Positions 49,998 through 60,280 of a stretch of 64,000 bases of DNA are shown here, piece after piece. Each line of letters begins with the position of its first letter. The stretch's first letter is position 1. This stretch comes from Candidatus Kerfeldbacteria bacterium (GTDB lineage Bacteria; Patescibacteriota; Patescibacteriia; SBBC01; CAIJZX01). The notes beneath the pieces were generated by a model, which was not told the DNA's origin, made no database searches, and saw only the letters and a program-made list of their open reading frames with translations. A program made the translations under genes and the position numbers. The stretch is taken from assembly GCA_903825245.1 (NCBI GenBank), contig CAIJZX010000031.1, positions 14,413 to 78,412 of the forward strand, read 5' to 3'.

Positions 49998-52200
49998 CGA
50001 GCTTAATTCCGGTCACTTTCACCGCTTGCGCTACGGCTTTCTTTTTCTGTAGATGTAATCCGTGTTTTGTTTTCGCCCAATAGTGCGGTTGCGTAAACAT
50101 TTCGTAAACCGCTCGCCAGGCTGAAATACTCATCGCTAACCAATAGAACGGTACGAGGAAGACGTACTTGATGATATCGTCGTATTCGCGCTTCGCACAG
50201 CCGATCATGTAGTAGTAGATGTAGAGGAAGTTGCCGAAAATGAGCGAGAACACAGCCATATACAGGACTGGCGCCGGGAAGAAAGACTCGATAAACGACC
50301 CAACGAATGGCCGTAGCGAGAAGTACGCGATAGTGATTATCCACATCGTCGGATTGATGAACATCGAAAGAATCTTGCCACCGACGACGAGCTGGAACGT
50401 AATGACGTGTGGCTCTTTCCAATCGCGCATAAAGCGTTGCGGGTGGCGCATGTGAACTAAATAGGTTTGCATGTAGCCCTTAATCCAGCGCGTCCGTTGC
50501 TGGAACCAATTCATCATATCGCTATTCGCCTCTTCCATCGTCATCGAATTCACCACGGCGGTTCGATAGCCATGCTTGACGAGGCGCATGCCGAGATCGC
50601 AATCCTCGGTGACATTAAACGCATCCCAACCCTGTAAATGGTGAAGATCTTTCGTTCGAAAGTGGTTTGACGTACCACCGAGTGGAATTGGGGCGTGAAT
50701 CGACTGCAGGCCGGTCAAAACGAGATCAAACCACAACGAGTACTCGGCGGTAAATACGCGGGTCAGGATATTTTGATGCGGGTTATAAAAATTGAGTTTT
50801 GCTTGAATACATACCGTGCGATCATCGGCTTGGCGGAACGCGAGCACAGCTTTCTTCAATTGTTGCGGATCAGGAATATCTTCCGCATCGTAAACAACAC
50901 TGAATTCACCGGTTGCTTTCGTTAATCCGTAATTTAGCGCTTTCGGTTTCGTTTTCGGTTTCGAATGAGGAATGACTTCAATTTGAAAATACGACGGCAG
51001 CGAAAAACCGCGTGCCTTTCGGATAGTCTCTTTATCGTCTTCTTCAAGCAGTAATAGAACCTGCAGTTTCTCTTTCGGATAATCCAACCGACTCATAGCC
51101 GAGACAAACTGCGGTAACACTTTCCATTCCTTATAGAGTGGGCAGAAAATTGTGTAGGTCGGCCAGGTCGTTGGTTCGGCTAATGCGGTGGAGGTAATTT
51201 GAACTTCTTGTGATTTAGAGAAGCTTCGATAGATGAGGTACAAATTAAAGAGCAAATCGGTAAAATACAATAAGGTGATAATCGCGATAAAAACAGTAAT
51301 GGTCACGTGCCAATTTATATAAAGACTTACGAGTAATACAGCAAGCAACACGGTTGTTACAAAAACCTGTGGTCGCGAGAGACGATGGAAGGCGCTATCA
51401 CTTTCGTGCAAATTCGAATGCGGAATAAACTCCTGACCGTGGTGGTGAAAACCATGACCCTTCTCTTTCACCTGATCGGCATGAAAGGGAATAGCTTGGA
51501 GACGCCGAAATTTGAAAGCAATTGCGGCTGTACTCATCGTCGGAGTCGCGGTTATCAATGAGCGCTTTGATTTTCCGGCATACCGGCGTTGATGGAGAAT
51601 CGGTACTTCAACAATATCGTAGCCGGCGTTACGAGCTTGACGTAAAAACTCAAGATCGAACGACCACCCGTGAGCCTGGATGGTAACTCGTTCAAGAATT
51701 TCTCGTCGAAATACTTTCAATCCAGATTGGACATCGTATGACAGGTCGTGCAGTAAATACCCAAAGATATTTTGATACGAACGACTCGCCAAGCGTCGAA
51801 ACCAGTTCGTTTCCGAACGTTGCCGCTGGGCAATGACGACGCCCGTATTACCGGTAAGTTTGCGCATCATTTTTGGTAATACACTCGGGGAGTACTGCAA
51901 ATCAGCGTCCAGGACCGCTACCGTTTCATACCGAAGATGTCGACTCGCTTCAATGATCGCTTCGGCTCTTCCGGTTCTTCCAAGTTGTTGCACAACACGA
52001 ACCGGCCAACGGCGCGCAAGGGAACGAGCTACTGCCAAGGTATTATCCGTGGAGTAATCATCTACGATGACAATTTCATATTGTATGTGCGGCTTGCTTA
52101 GCGCTTGATGAATTTGACGAACTAACAGCGGCAGGTTCTCTGCCTCATTCTTCGCCGGTACGATAATCGATAATCTTGGTTGTGTTTTCACAAAAGACAA
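49960..52200 (-). CDS. fusion of two family-2 glycosyltransferase domains separated by TM helices; the second domain is processive (cellulose/chitin-synthase-like, QxxRW)
   Basis: N-terminus LSIIVPAKNEAENL ... VIVDDYSTD; second domain YTIFCPLYKEW ... FQQRTRWIKG. Confidence 0.75.
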   Translation of the reverse strand: MSFVKTQPRLSIIVPAKNEAENLPLLVRQIHQALSKPHIQYEIVIVDDYSTDNTLAVARSLARRWPVRVVQQLGRTGRAEAIIEASRHLRYETVAVLDADLQYSPSVLPKMMRKLTGNTGVVIAQRQRSETNWFRRLASRSYQNIFGYLLHDLSYDVQSGLKVFRREILERVTIQAHGWSFDLEFLRQARNAGYDIVEVPILHQRRYAGKSKRSLITATPTMSTAAIAFKFRRLQAIPFHADQVKEKGHGFHHHGQEFIPHSNLHESDSAFHRLSRPQVFVTTVLLAVLLVSLYINWHVTITVFIAIITLLYFTDLLFNLYLIYRSFSKSQEVQITSTALAEPTTWPTYTIFCPLYKEWKVLPQFVSAMSRLDYPKEKLQVLLLLEEDDKETIRKARGFSLPSYFQIEVIPHSKPKTKPKALNYGLTKATGEFSVVYDAEDIPDPQQLKKAVLAFRQADDRTVCIQAKLNFYNPHQNILTRVFTAEYSLWFDLVLTGLQSIHAPIPLGGTSNHFRTKDLHHLQGWDAFNVTEDCDLGMRLVKHGYRTAVVNSMTMEEANSDMMNWFQQRTRWIKGYMQTYLVHMRHPQRFMRDWKEPHVITFQLVVGGKILSMFINPTMWIITIAYFSLRPFVGSFIESFFPAPVLYMAVFSLIFGNFLYIYYYMIGCAKREYDDIIKYVFLVPFYWLAMSISAWRAVYEMFTQPHYWAKTKHGLHLQKKKAVAQAVKVTGIKLVDQRLIAQVKPS

Positions 52201-52350
52201 GGTTTTTTAATTTTTCTTAGACAGATACAATTTATCCAAACACAAAATAACTAAGGACCAGTCAGAACTGATTTTCGCCCCTTTCTTACATTTCGTAACT
52301 GTAGGTTGATTCATGTGAATTGTCGTTTTTATCCAATATCAGGAGGAATA

Positions 52351-52446
52351 ATGGCAGAACTACTCAGAGCGCCTTTTGCGCAAACTTTGTTTTGTCTAAG
52401 CTGGATAGTTAAGCAATTCTTCAGTAATTTGTCAATAAATAGCTAG
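52351..52446 (+). CDS. candidate small ORF (31 aa, MAELLRAPFAQTLFCLSWIVKQFFSNLSINS) with a strong RBS
   Basis: AGGAGGA 6 nt upstream of the ATG; lies in an otherwise ORF-free 250-bp gap; below the length cut-off of the ORF track. Confidence 0.25.
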   Translation: MAELLRAPFAQTLFCLSWIVKQFFSNLSINS

Positions 52447-52456
52447 CAGGCTGTTC

Positions 52457-52864
52457 CTACCCTTCCAACTCCTGCTTATCCAACGCCTCATTCACGAGCG
52501 CATCGGCGGCGGCATTTTGTTCGCGCCTGACGACGTTGAATTTGACCTTGCCGATATGGTTCTTCAGGGAAATACACTTGATGTACCACGGTGCTAATTC
52601 TTTATTCTTCACTTTATACTCGCCGCGGAGTTGCTTGACGATGAGTTCACTATCGGCATAGAGATCGACTTCAGTACCGCCGTGTTGCTGCACCCACGAC
52701 AACGCAGCGTGAACAGCTTGGTACTCGGCTTGGTTGTTCGTCGTATTGCCGATGGTTTGGGCAATGGTATGGACAAGTTTACCGTCGTGTTCAATCACGG
52801 CGCCGATAGCTGATGGTCCGGGATTGCCGCGCGCGCCGCCGTCGGTGTGAATCGTATAGATCAT
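52457..52864 (-). CDS. rnhA: ribonuclease HI
   Basis: IHTDGGARGNPGPSAIGAVI...DSELIVKQ. Confidence 0.9.
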   Translation of the reverse strand: MIYTIHTDGGARGNPGPSAIGAVIEHDGKLVHTIAQTIGNTTNNQAEYQAVHAALSWVQQHGGTEVDLYADSELIVKQLRGEYKVKNKELAPWYIKCISLKNHIGKVKFNVVRREQNAAADALVNEALDKQELEG

Positions 52865-54579
52865 ACGTGTGGTCGAACATCAATAATGCGTAATTGCGGC
52901 TGCTTTCTCCCCTGCCAAATGTTCCAGGTCGCCTCGACGGCGAGGTCGATGTGTTCGCCGATTGGGAATTCATTACGGCGCGTCCCGAAACGGAAGCCGA
53001 TACACTGACGCGATTCATTGCCGTCGGAAATGGTGAGGCGGATATGTTGACCGTCGCTCCCGACCGCGTCGACGCGTTGCACGCGGGCTTTCTCAATAGC
53101 AAAGAGTGGCCGAATATTTTCCATGCCGTAGGGCCCAAGCTGATCGAGAAAATCTAAAGCGTCGGGCGAGAAATCTTGTAAGGCTGCGCGCCCGACAAGT
53201 TCGAGTGTTTTCGTCGAGGCACTCGGTTCCCATTCCTTCGCCATGCGTTCGCGGAACCAGCCTTCGAATGCTTCACGTTTGTCAGGACTGACGAGCGTAA
53301 ACCCGCAGGCGCCCGGATGTCCGCCGTAACGAAGGAAGAACTCGCGACCATCATCCATGACCGACATAATGTTCACCCCCGGAACCGAACGGCCGGAACC
53401 GATAATCTCGCCGTCGTTTTCCGACATCACCAGCACCGGACGCCAGAGGCGATCCGCGAGTCGACCGGCCACGAGTCCTAAGATACCCGGCGACCAATGC
53501 GGCGCAAAAGCGGTGGCGGCGGCTGGATGCGGCGAGACTTCAACCTGCTCCAGCGCTTCGGCGGTCGCCATTTCGGTGAGCTGTTGACGATCCTGGTTGA
53601 TACCTTGCAGTTGCTCGGCGAGTTGCTGGGCAATCGCTGGATCCGTGCTCAAGAGTAATTCCAACGCTAACGACGCATGGTGCAGGCGTCCGGCGGCGTT
53701 GATACGCGGCGCTAAGTGGTAACCAATCGTGTGTTCATCGGCGCGATCGAGCTGACTGCCCATGACGGCGAATAAAGCGCGAATACCCGGACGTTTCGTT
53801 TTCCGCAACACCATTAAGCCGAAGCGAACAAGAATTCTATTTTCGCCGTGCAGCGGCATCATATCGGCCACCGTTGAAATTGCGACCAAATCAAGTAGCC
53901 ATTTTTCCCAGCCTGGAGTTTGCGGCTTACCAATTTTTTCGCCGTTGTTCGTAGCGATGACTAACGCGCGCACCAAGGCGAAAGCCACCCCGGCCGAAGA
54001 TAACCCGCGGAACGGATACGTTTCTTTCGGAAAGACCGGGTTGATAATGGCATCCGCCGGCGGCAATTCGGCCGGTTGGTGATGGTGGTCGAGGACGATG
54101 ACGTCGAGACCAAGCGATTTCGCCGTATTGATTTCTTCAACGTTCGATGTGCCGCAATCAACCGTGACCAGGACTTTCGTCCCCTGCTCGGCGAATGATT
54201 TCATGGCTTGCACGTTTAAGCCATATCCTTCGGACAACCGTTCCGGTAAGTACCAACTCACATTCGCGCCGAGCGCGCGCAGCGCTTCTACCACCACGGC
54301 GGTTGAGGTCACACCGTCAGCATCGTAATCGCCGTAGACTGTTATCGGTTCATGTTCCGTGATTGCCTTGATGATGCGATCAGTGGCAACATGCATCTGC
54401 TTGAACAGAAACGGATCCGCGAGGTGCGAATACTCCGGTTCGAGAAAATCACGGATTGCTTCCGGCGATGCAAGCTGGTGACGCCACAGCACGAGTTGCG
54501 CGATGCGCGGCGTGGCGACGAGATCGCGGACAAATTCGGCGGTTGGTTCGTCGGCAATATGCCAAATACTTTTTATCAT
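52861..54579 (-). CDS. recJ: single-stranded-DNA-specific exonuclease RecJ
   Basis: DHH motifs (VYGDYDADGVTS, LDHHH) and the DHHA1 domain. Confidence 0.9.
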   Translation of the reverse strand: MIKSIWHIADEPTAEFVRDLVATPRIAQLVLWRHQLASPEAIRDFLEPEYSHLADPFLFKQMHVATDRIIKAITEHEPITVYGDYDADGVTSTAVVVEALRALGANVSWYLPERLSEGYGLNVQAMKSFAEQGTKVLVTVDCGTSNVEEINTAKSLGLDVIVLDHHHQPAELPPADAIINPVFPKETYPFRGLSSAGVAFALVRALVIATNNGEKIGKPQTPGWEKWLLDLVAISTVADMMPLHGENRILVRFGLMVLRKTKRPGIRALFAVMGSQLDRADEHTIGYHLAPRINAAGRLHHASLALELLLSTDPAIAQQLAEQLQGINQDRQQLTEMATAEALEQVEVSPHPAAATAFAPHWSPGILGLVAGRLADRLWRPVLVMSENDGEIIGSGRSVPGVNIMSVMDDGREFFLRYGGHPGACGFTLVSPDKREAFEGWFRERMAKEWEPSASTKTLELVGRAALQDFSPDALDFLDQLGPYGMENIRPLFAIEKARVQRVDAVGSDGQHIRLTISDGNESRQCIGFRFGTRRNEFPIGEHIDLAVEATWNIWQGRKQPQLRIIDVRPHV

Positions 54580-56171
54580 AATCCAGAAAAGAGATTGTGC
54601 CCCGTCATCGACGGCGGAATCGGCAAACCCGCCAGTGCTAAGAGCGTCGGCGCGATGTCCGCCAAAACGCCGACCGGCGTTTGGGTTGATAAGTCGCGCA
54701 TCGGCGAATGATAGCGAGCGATGATGCCCGGCGACAAATCGTGACCGACGACAATGAAGGGCACCGGATTCGCTGAATGCTGCTTACTGACTTCGCCAGT
54801 TTGCGAATCAATTTTCGCTTCAGCATTGCCGTGATCACCGGTGATAGCCACGATGCCGTGGACTTCCATCGCGGCGGTGACAATTTGTCCGATAAAGTCA
54901 TCAACAATTTCGACAGACTTAATAGTAACCGGTAAATTGCCGGTGTGGCCAATCATATCGGGATTAGCAAAATTGACAACGATGAAGGCGTATTGACCGG
55001 AACCGAGCGCTTGTACGACTCGTTCACAAATACCGCGTGCGCCCATTTCCGGTTTCTGGTCATACGACGGCACCATCGGTGATGGGATGAGCGTCCGTTC
55101 TTCGCCGGGAAATGCCGTTTCAACGCCGCCGTTGAAGAAGAACGTGACGTGAGCGTACTTTTCCGTTTCGGCGACGTGGAGTTGTTTCAAGCCGGCATCG
55201 CTGTAGACTTTAGCCAGCGGCTCGGTTACCACTTCCGGCGGAAAGGCAATCGTGACCGGAATATCTTTCTCGTATTCAGTCATAGTCACGAACGTCAGAT
55301 CGCGCAAGTACTCAGTACGCGGGAACTTTTCGAATCCCGGGAGGACAAACGCCTTGGTCAACTGCCTGGCGCGATCGTTGCGGAAATTGAAAAAAATGAC
55401 GGCATCATGGCCGTTGACAGTAGCCACCGGTTGGCCGTTGTTGGTGACAACGGTCGGGACAAACTGTTCATCAAACACACCGGTGCTGTAGGATTGCGTT
55501 ATAGCGTCTGTCGGATTGGCCGTGGTCGGACCTTTGCCGAGCACCATCGCGTCGTACGCCAGTTGAATCCGATCCCAATGATTATCACGATCCATCGCGT
55601 AGAATCGTCCGGATATCGTGGCAATTTTTCCCACACCGAGGTCGCGTATTTTCTGCTCTAACCGACTCACATATTCCACGCCACTATTGTATGGCGAGTC
55701 GCGTCCGTCGAGAATAACGTGAACAAAAACTGAGGTTACTTTTTGTTGCGCACACAGATCCAGCAAGGCAAACGCATGCTCATCGAGACTATGGACCCCG
55801 GCCGAGCTGAACATGCCGATTATGTGGACGCTGGCATTATGGTCTTTGGCGTTGGTTATCGCTTGAAGAAATGCGGAGTTCGTCAGAAAACTTCCGTCCA
55901 TAATCGACCGGGTGATACGCGGCAGATCTTGGTAGATGACACGGCCGGAACCGATGCTCAAGTGCCCCACTTCGGAATTACCCATCTCGCCCCAGGGCAA
56001 ACCAACGGAGTCGCCGGCTGCCTGTAGTGTAACGGTCGGGTTTTCGGTGATCAGTTTATCAAGCACCGGCGTCTTAGCCATCGCAATCGCATTACCGCGC
56101 GACGGCGCAGCGACACCAAAACCATCGACGATGAGCAGGACGATTGGTTGCCGCTTTGGCGCAGTACTCAT
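54576..56171 (-). CDS. gpmI: 2,3-bisphosphoglycerate-independent phosphoglycerate mutase, copy 1
   Basis: LLIVDGFGV ... GNSEVGHL (catalytic Ser). Confidence 0.9.
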   Translation of the reverse strand: MSTAPKRQPIVLLIVDGFGVAAPSRGNAIAMAKTPVLDKLITENPTVTLQAAGDSVGLPWGEMGNSEVGHLSIGSGRVIYQDLPRITRSIMDGSFLTNSAFLQAITNAKDHNASVHIIGMFSSAGVHSLDEHAFALLDLCAQQKVTSVFVHVILDGRDSPYNSGVEYVSRLEQKIRDLGVGKIATISGRFYAMDRDNHWDRIQLAYDAMVLGKGPTTANPTDAITQSYSTGVFDEQFVPTVVTNNGQPVATVNGHDAVIFFNFRNDRARQLTKAFVLPGFEKFPRTEYLRDLTFVTMTEYEKDIPVTIAFPPEVVTEPLAKVYSDAGLKQLHVAETEKYAHVTFFFNGGVETAFPGEERTLIPSPMVPSYDQKPEMGARGICERVVQALGSGQYAFIVVNFANPDMIGHTGNLPVTIKSVEIVDDFIGQIVTAAMEVHGIVAITGDHGNAEAKIDSQTGEVSKQHSANPVPFIVVGHDLSPGIIARYHSPMRDLSTQTPVGVLADIAPTLLALAGLPIPPSMTGHNLFSGL

Positions 56172-57712
56172 GCCACCACCAAATTATCGCCGGTCATTTC
56201 GGCTGGTACCGCGTGACCAATTAATCGCAGCAGTGTTGGCGCCACATCGCCGAGCTTGCCTTCTTTCAACTGTAGCATCGTCATGGTATTGGAAATCACA
56301 TACAGTGGCACCGGATTGGTAGAATGTTCCGTATCGACTTCACCGGTCTTGGCGTTTGTCAGTTCTTCGATGTTGCCATGATCAGCGGTGACGGCTAATA
56401 GTCCGTCAGCAGCCAATACAGCTGCTTCAATCTTTTTCAGACAGCCGTCAGTAATTTCCATAGCCGCGATACTCGCCGGTAGATTTCCGGTATGCGCGAC
56501 CATATCCGTATTGGCAAAATTGAGGACGATCACGTCGTGGCTCTTGGTGGTAATAGCGGTGATCACACGCTCGGTAATAATATCGCTACTCATGCCCGGA
56601 GCCAAGTCATACGTTTTTACCGCCGGTGACGGAATCATGACTCGATCTTCACCGCCGACCGGATCGGCGTATCCGCCGTTGAAGAAGTACGTGACGTGAG
56701 CGTACTTTTCACTTTCCGCAATGTAGAGCTGTCGTTTATCGCGCAGGACCATCGGTAAGGTATTTCGTAACTGCATGGCGGGAAAGGCAGTCAGGATTGT
56801 ATCAAGATCCGGACCGAAATCGGTCATCGCCACAAAGGTCATATTCTTGACGACGCGCGATCGTTGAAAACAGTTTGTGCTCGCGTTAAGTCGTTCAAAA
56901 TCTGTTTGCACAAACGCTTTGGTCAGTTGCCGGGCGCGATCCGATCGCAAATTGAAATAAATAACCGCGTCATTGTCTTGAATGCCTTGATAATTTCCGA
57001 CGGTGGTCGGGGTTATGAATTCATCGCTCTCGCCGCGATTATACGCCTGGGTAATCGCTTCCAGCGGTTCATTCACATGGTGAACACCAGCGCCGTTGAT
57101 GATCGATTCGTAGGCGGCCTCGGTTCGCGACCAATCTTTATTTCGATCCATGGCATAAAATCGTCCCATGATCGTCGCCACTTTTGCATCACCGAAATGT
57201 GGAATGAACTTTTCCATAATTTCCCGCGCAAAAAATCGCGGTGAATCACGGCCGTCCGTGAACAGGTGCAATTTAATATCGCGAAGATGGTTATTGTGCG
57301 CCAATAACAAGAGCCCCAACAAATGATCAGGATTCGCATGAGCGCTTTGCGTATTGCCAAACATGCCCATGATATGGAGCGTGGAGTGGTGTTTTTGGAC
57401 GTGGTGGATCGCCGCTAAGAAGGCCGGATTGCGAAAAAACGTTCCCTCGCTCAAGCTTTGCGAAATGCGACTATCGTCTTGCGGTACCATCCGGCCAGCC
57501 CCAAGATTCATGTGTCCGGCTTCGGAATTCCCATCTTGGTCTTCCGCTAAACCAACCGCCAGGCCACTCGCAGCCAATTTCGTGTGGGGATATTTTTCTT
57601 GCCAGCTGTGAATTGTTGGTGTCTTGGCCAACGCCTCAGCATTACCAGGATACATCGGTCCGATGCCCCAGCCGTCGAGAATCGCTAGTACTAACGGTCC
57701 CTTGATACTCAT
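56168..57712 (-). CDS. gpmI: 2,3-bisphosphoglycerate-independent phosphoglycerate mutase, divergent tandem paralog
   Basis: LAILDGWGI ... GNSEAGHM; about 40% identical by eye to copy 1. Confidence 0.88.
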   Translation of the reverse strand: MSIKGPLVLAILDGWGIGPMYPGNAEALAKTPTIHSWQEKYPHTKLAASGLAVGLAEDQDGNSEAGHMNLGAGRMVPQDDSRISQSLSEGTFFRNPAFLAAIHHVQKHHSTLHIMGMFGNTQSAHANPDHLLGLLLLAHNNHLRDIKLHLFTDGRDSPRFFAREIMEKFIPHFGDAKVATIMGRFYAMDRNKDWSRTEAAYESIINGAGVHHVNEPLEAITQAYNRGESDEFITPTTVGNYQGIQDNDAVIYFNLRSDRARQLTKAFVQTDFERLNASTNCFQRSRVVKNMTFVAMTDFGPDLDTILTAFPAMQLRNTLPMVLRDKRQLYIAESEKYAHVTYFFNGGYADPVGGEDRVMIPSPAVKTYDLAPGMSSDIITERVITAITTKSHDVIVLNFANTDMVAHTGNLPASIAAMEITDGCLKKIEAAVLAADGLLAVTADHGNIEELTNAKTGEVDTEHSTNPVPLYVISNTMTMLQLKEGKLGDVAPTLLRLIGHAVPAEMTGDNLVVA

Positions 57713-58968
57713 GCCTTCAGTTCCTGTTCAATCGCGAGTAGCCGGTTGTACTTCGCCACGCGTTCACCGCGAGCCGGCGCACCAGCCTTCAAGAACGGCG
57801 CACCAACCGCGACCGCTAAGTCACTCACAAACGTATCGAGGGTTTCACCAGAGCGGTGCGAAATTACTACCGTGTAGTTAGCGGCTTGTGCTTTTTGAAT
57901 CGTATCAATCGTTTCGCTTACCGTGCCAATTTGATTTGGTTTAATCAAAATCGCATTGGCCGCGCCTTCATGAATACCGCGATCGAGGCGGCTGCTATTC
58001 GTGACGAATACATCATCACCGACAATCATCGTTTTGTCGCGAAGTTTTTGTGTCAGGTCGTGCCAACCTTGCCAATCATCTTCCGCTAACGGATCTTCGT
58101 ACGAGATGATTGGATACCGTTCCAGCCATTCACTTAGTAAGCCAGTTATACCGGTTGATGATAAGCCGCCGGCTGTATTTCCGAGGAGATAGCGTTCGGT
58201 GGCCGCATCATAAAAGGTGCTGCTGGCAAAATCGATCGCCAGTGCGACGTCTGCCGGTGACGTGTATCCAGCATTGATAATAGCTTGGACCAGCAAATCC
58301 AAAGCTGCGACGTCTTCCGATAACCGCGGCGCGTAGCCGCCTTCATCGCCGACGAGGGTCGACAGTTTTTTTTCTGTCAACAGAGTGAAGAGTGCATGAT
58401 ACACGTTCGCGCCGCGCTCGATACGCTCCGCGACCGTCGCGCCGTCAGGAACAATCATGAATTCCTGAATCGCTAATCCATCATCAGCATGTTTTCCGCC
58501 GTTGATAATGTTCATCATCGGACGCGGTAATTTTTTTCCATCAATCTCGGGAAAGGCGTACGATTGCTGGAGAGCCCGATAGAGCGGTTGTTTCTGTAAG
58601 GCGGCGTTAGCGCGCATCGTCGCTAACGATACGCTCAATATTGCATTGGCGCCCAACGATGATTTATTCATCGTCCCATCAAGTTCAATCATGATGCTGT
58701 CATTCCCTCGTTGATCGCGAATATCTTTCCCGCGTAGCGCTTTGGCGATTGGGCCTTCAACATTGGCGATCGCTTTCAGCACACCTTGGCCAAGGTTGTG
58801 TGCCATATCACCGTCACGCAGTTCCAAGGCCTCATGACTACCGGTTGAAGCGCCTGACGGCACTGCAGCCACGCCGCTGACGCCGGTATCAAGATTGACG
58901 GTTGTCTCCAGCGTTGGTCGTCCGCGCGAATCGAGAATTTGTCGACTAGTAATAGACTGGATTTCCAT
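57709..58968 (-). CDS. eno: enolase
   Basis: ILDSRGRPTLE ... SGASTGSHEALELRD. Confidence 0.93.
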   Translation of the reverse strand: MEIQSITSRQILDSRGRPTLETTVNLDTGVSGVAAVPSGASTGSHEALELRDGDMAHNLGQGVLKAIANVEGPIAKALRGKDIRDQRGNDSIMIELDGTMNKSSLGANAILSVSLATMRANAALQKQPLYRALQQSYAFPEIDGKKLPRPMMNIINGGKHADDGLAIQEFMIVPDGATVAERIERGANVYHALFTLLTEKKLSTLVGDEGGYAPRLSEDVAALDLLVQAIINAGYTSPADVALAIDFASSTFYDAATERYLLGNTAGGLSSTGITGLLSEWLERYPIISYEDPLAEDDWQGWHDLTQKLRDKTMIVGDDVFVTNSSRLDRGIHEGAANAILIKPNQIGTVSETIDTIQKAQAANYTVVISHRSGETLDTFVSDLAVAVGAPFLKAGAPARGERVAKYNRLLAIEQELKA

Positions 58969-58980
58969 AAGCGAGATCGG

Positions 58981-60153
58981 TTAGCGTTGGATAGTGACGG
59001 CGACGCCGGGAAGAGTTTTGCCTTCCAGCATTTCGAGCATCGCGCCACCACCGGTTGAAAGAAAAGTAAATTTTGAACTCACCCCCGAGCGTCGGATCGC
59101 ATCAACCGTTTCTCCGCCACCGGCCACACTCAAACACGGTTGTTTGGCGATAACACGAGCCAGCGCTAATGTACCTCGATCGAACGGCGATAGTTCATAC
59201 ACGCCCATCGGTCCATTCCAAACAATTGTTTTTGCCGTGCGGATGATACGCCGAAAGAGTTCAATCGTGTCCGGTCCAATGTCGAGCACCATTTCTTTCG
59301 GTTGAATATTGCCAACAGCAATCGTACGGGTCGCCACGCCTGAAGTACGCTTTTTTGCTACCACCACGTCGCAGGGAATTTTTAATTTCGCGTCCGTTGA
59401 ATGCAATCCCACGGCGGCTTTCAGCATCGAAGGCTCAGTGAGCGATGCGCCAATCGCCACACCTTCCGCTTGCAAGAGCGTATTGGCGAGTGCTCCGCCG
59501 AGGAGGACAAAGTCCGCCTGCCGCAGTAAACGCTTGATCAGATGCAGTTTGGTAGAAATTTTCGCACCGCCAATAATCGCAACGTAGGGTCGTTTCGGTT
59601 TTTTCAGTAATGTCGTTAAGGTTTTCACTTCTTGCTGGAGTAACAGACCGGCATACATTGGGCGGTACTTAGCGACGCCGACAATCGACGCGTGCGAACG
59701 ATGCGAATCAGCAAAAGCGTCATTGACGACGATTTCCGCAAATGAAGCCAGTCTTTTTGCCACGGCTGGACTATTGTCCTCCTCGCCCGGTTCAAAACGA
59801 ATATTTTCAAGTAGCGCGACTTGCCCTGGCTTCAGGACAATCAGTTGTGCATCGAGCGCCCGATCAAATAGCGGATTGGCTACGAACATCACGGGCCGCT
59901 TCAATAACCGGCAAAGTGCCGGAACAACTGGTTGCAGGGAGTATTTCATGTCGCGGCCTTGCGGTCGGCCACGATGGCTAACCAGAATGACTTTTGCTCC
60001 ATGACGTACTAACCACAAAATGGTCAGAACAGTAGCTTTCAGACGGGTGAGATCGCGAATTTTCCCTTTGCTATCAACTTCGACGTTGTAATCAACCCGA
60101 ACCAGAACCCGTTTATTTCGAACATTAATTTTTCGGATATCACGGAGTCGCAT
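58981..60153 (-). CDS. pgk: phosphoglycerate kinase
   Basis: KRVLVRVDYNV; hinge and C-domain motifs; start set at MRLRDIRK. Confidence 0.9.
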   Translation of the reverse strand: MRLRDIRKINVRNKRVLVRVDYNVEVDSKGKIRDLTRLKATVLTILWLVRHGAKVILVSHRGRPQGRDMKYSLQPVVPALCRLLKRPVMFVANPLFDRALDAQLIVLKPGQVALLENIRFEPGEEDNSPAVAKRLASFAEIVVNDAFADSHRSHASIVGVAKYRPMYAGLLLQQEVKTLTTLLKKPKRPYVAIIGGAKISTKLHLIKRLLRQADFVLLGGALANTLLQAEGVAIGASLTEPSMLKAAVGLHSTDAKLKIPCDVVVAKKRTSGVATRTIAVGNIQPKEMVLDIGPDTIELFRRIIRTAKTIVWNGPMGVYELSPFDRGTLALARVIAKQPCLSVAGGGETVDAIRRSGVSSKFTFLSTGGGAMLEMLEGKTLPGVAVTIQR

Positions 60154-60280
60154 ATATCTGAAGTATACCACAACATACGAGCCTTGGATATGCAAGGGTT
60201 GTAATGCCCTCAAGTAAAAAAGTTATCCACTACTCAACCCTTGACGAAAATATTCAACGTACTATGCTAGTCATAGGTGT

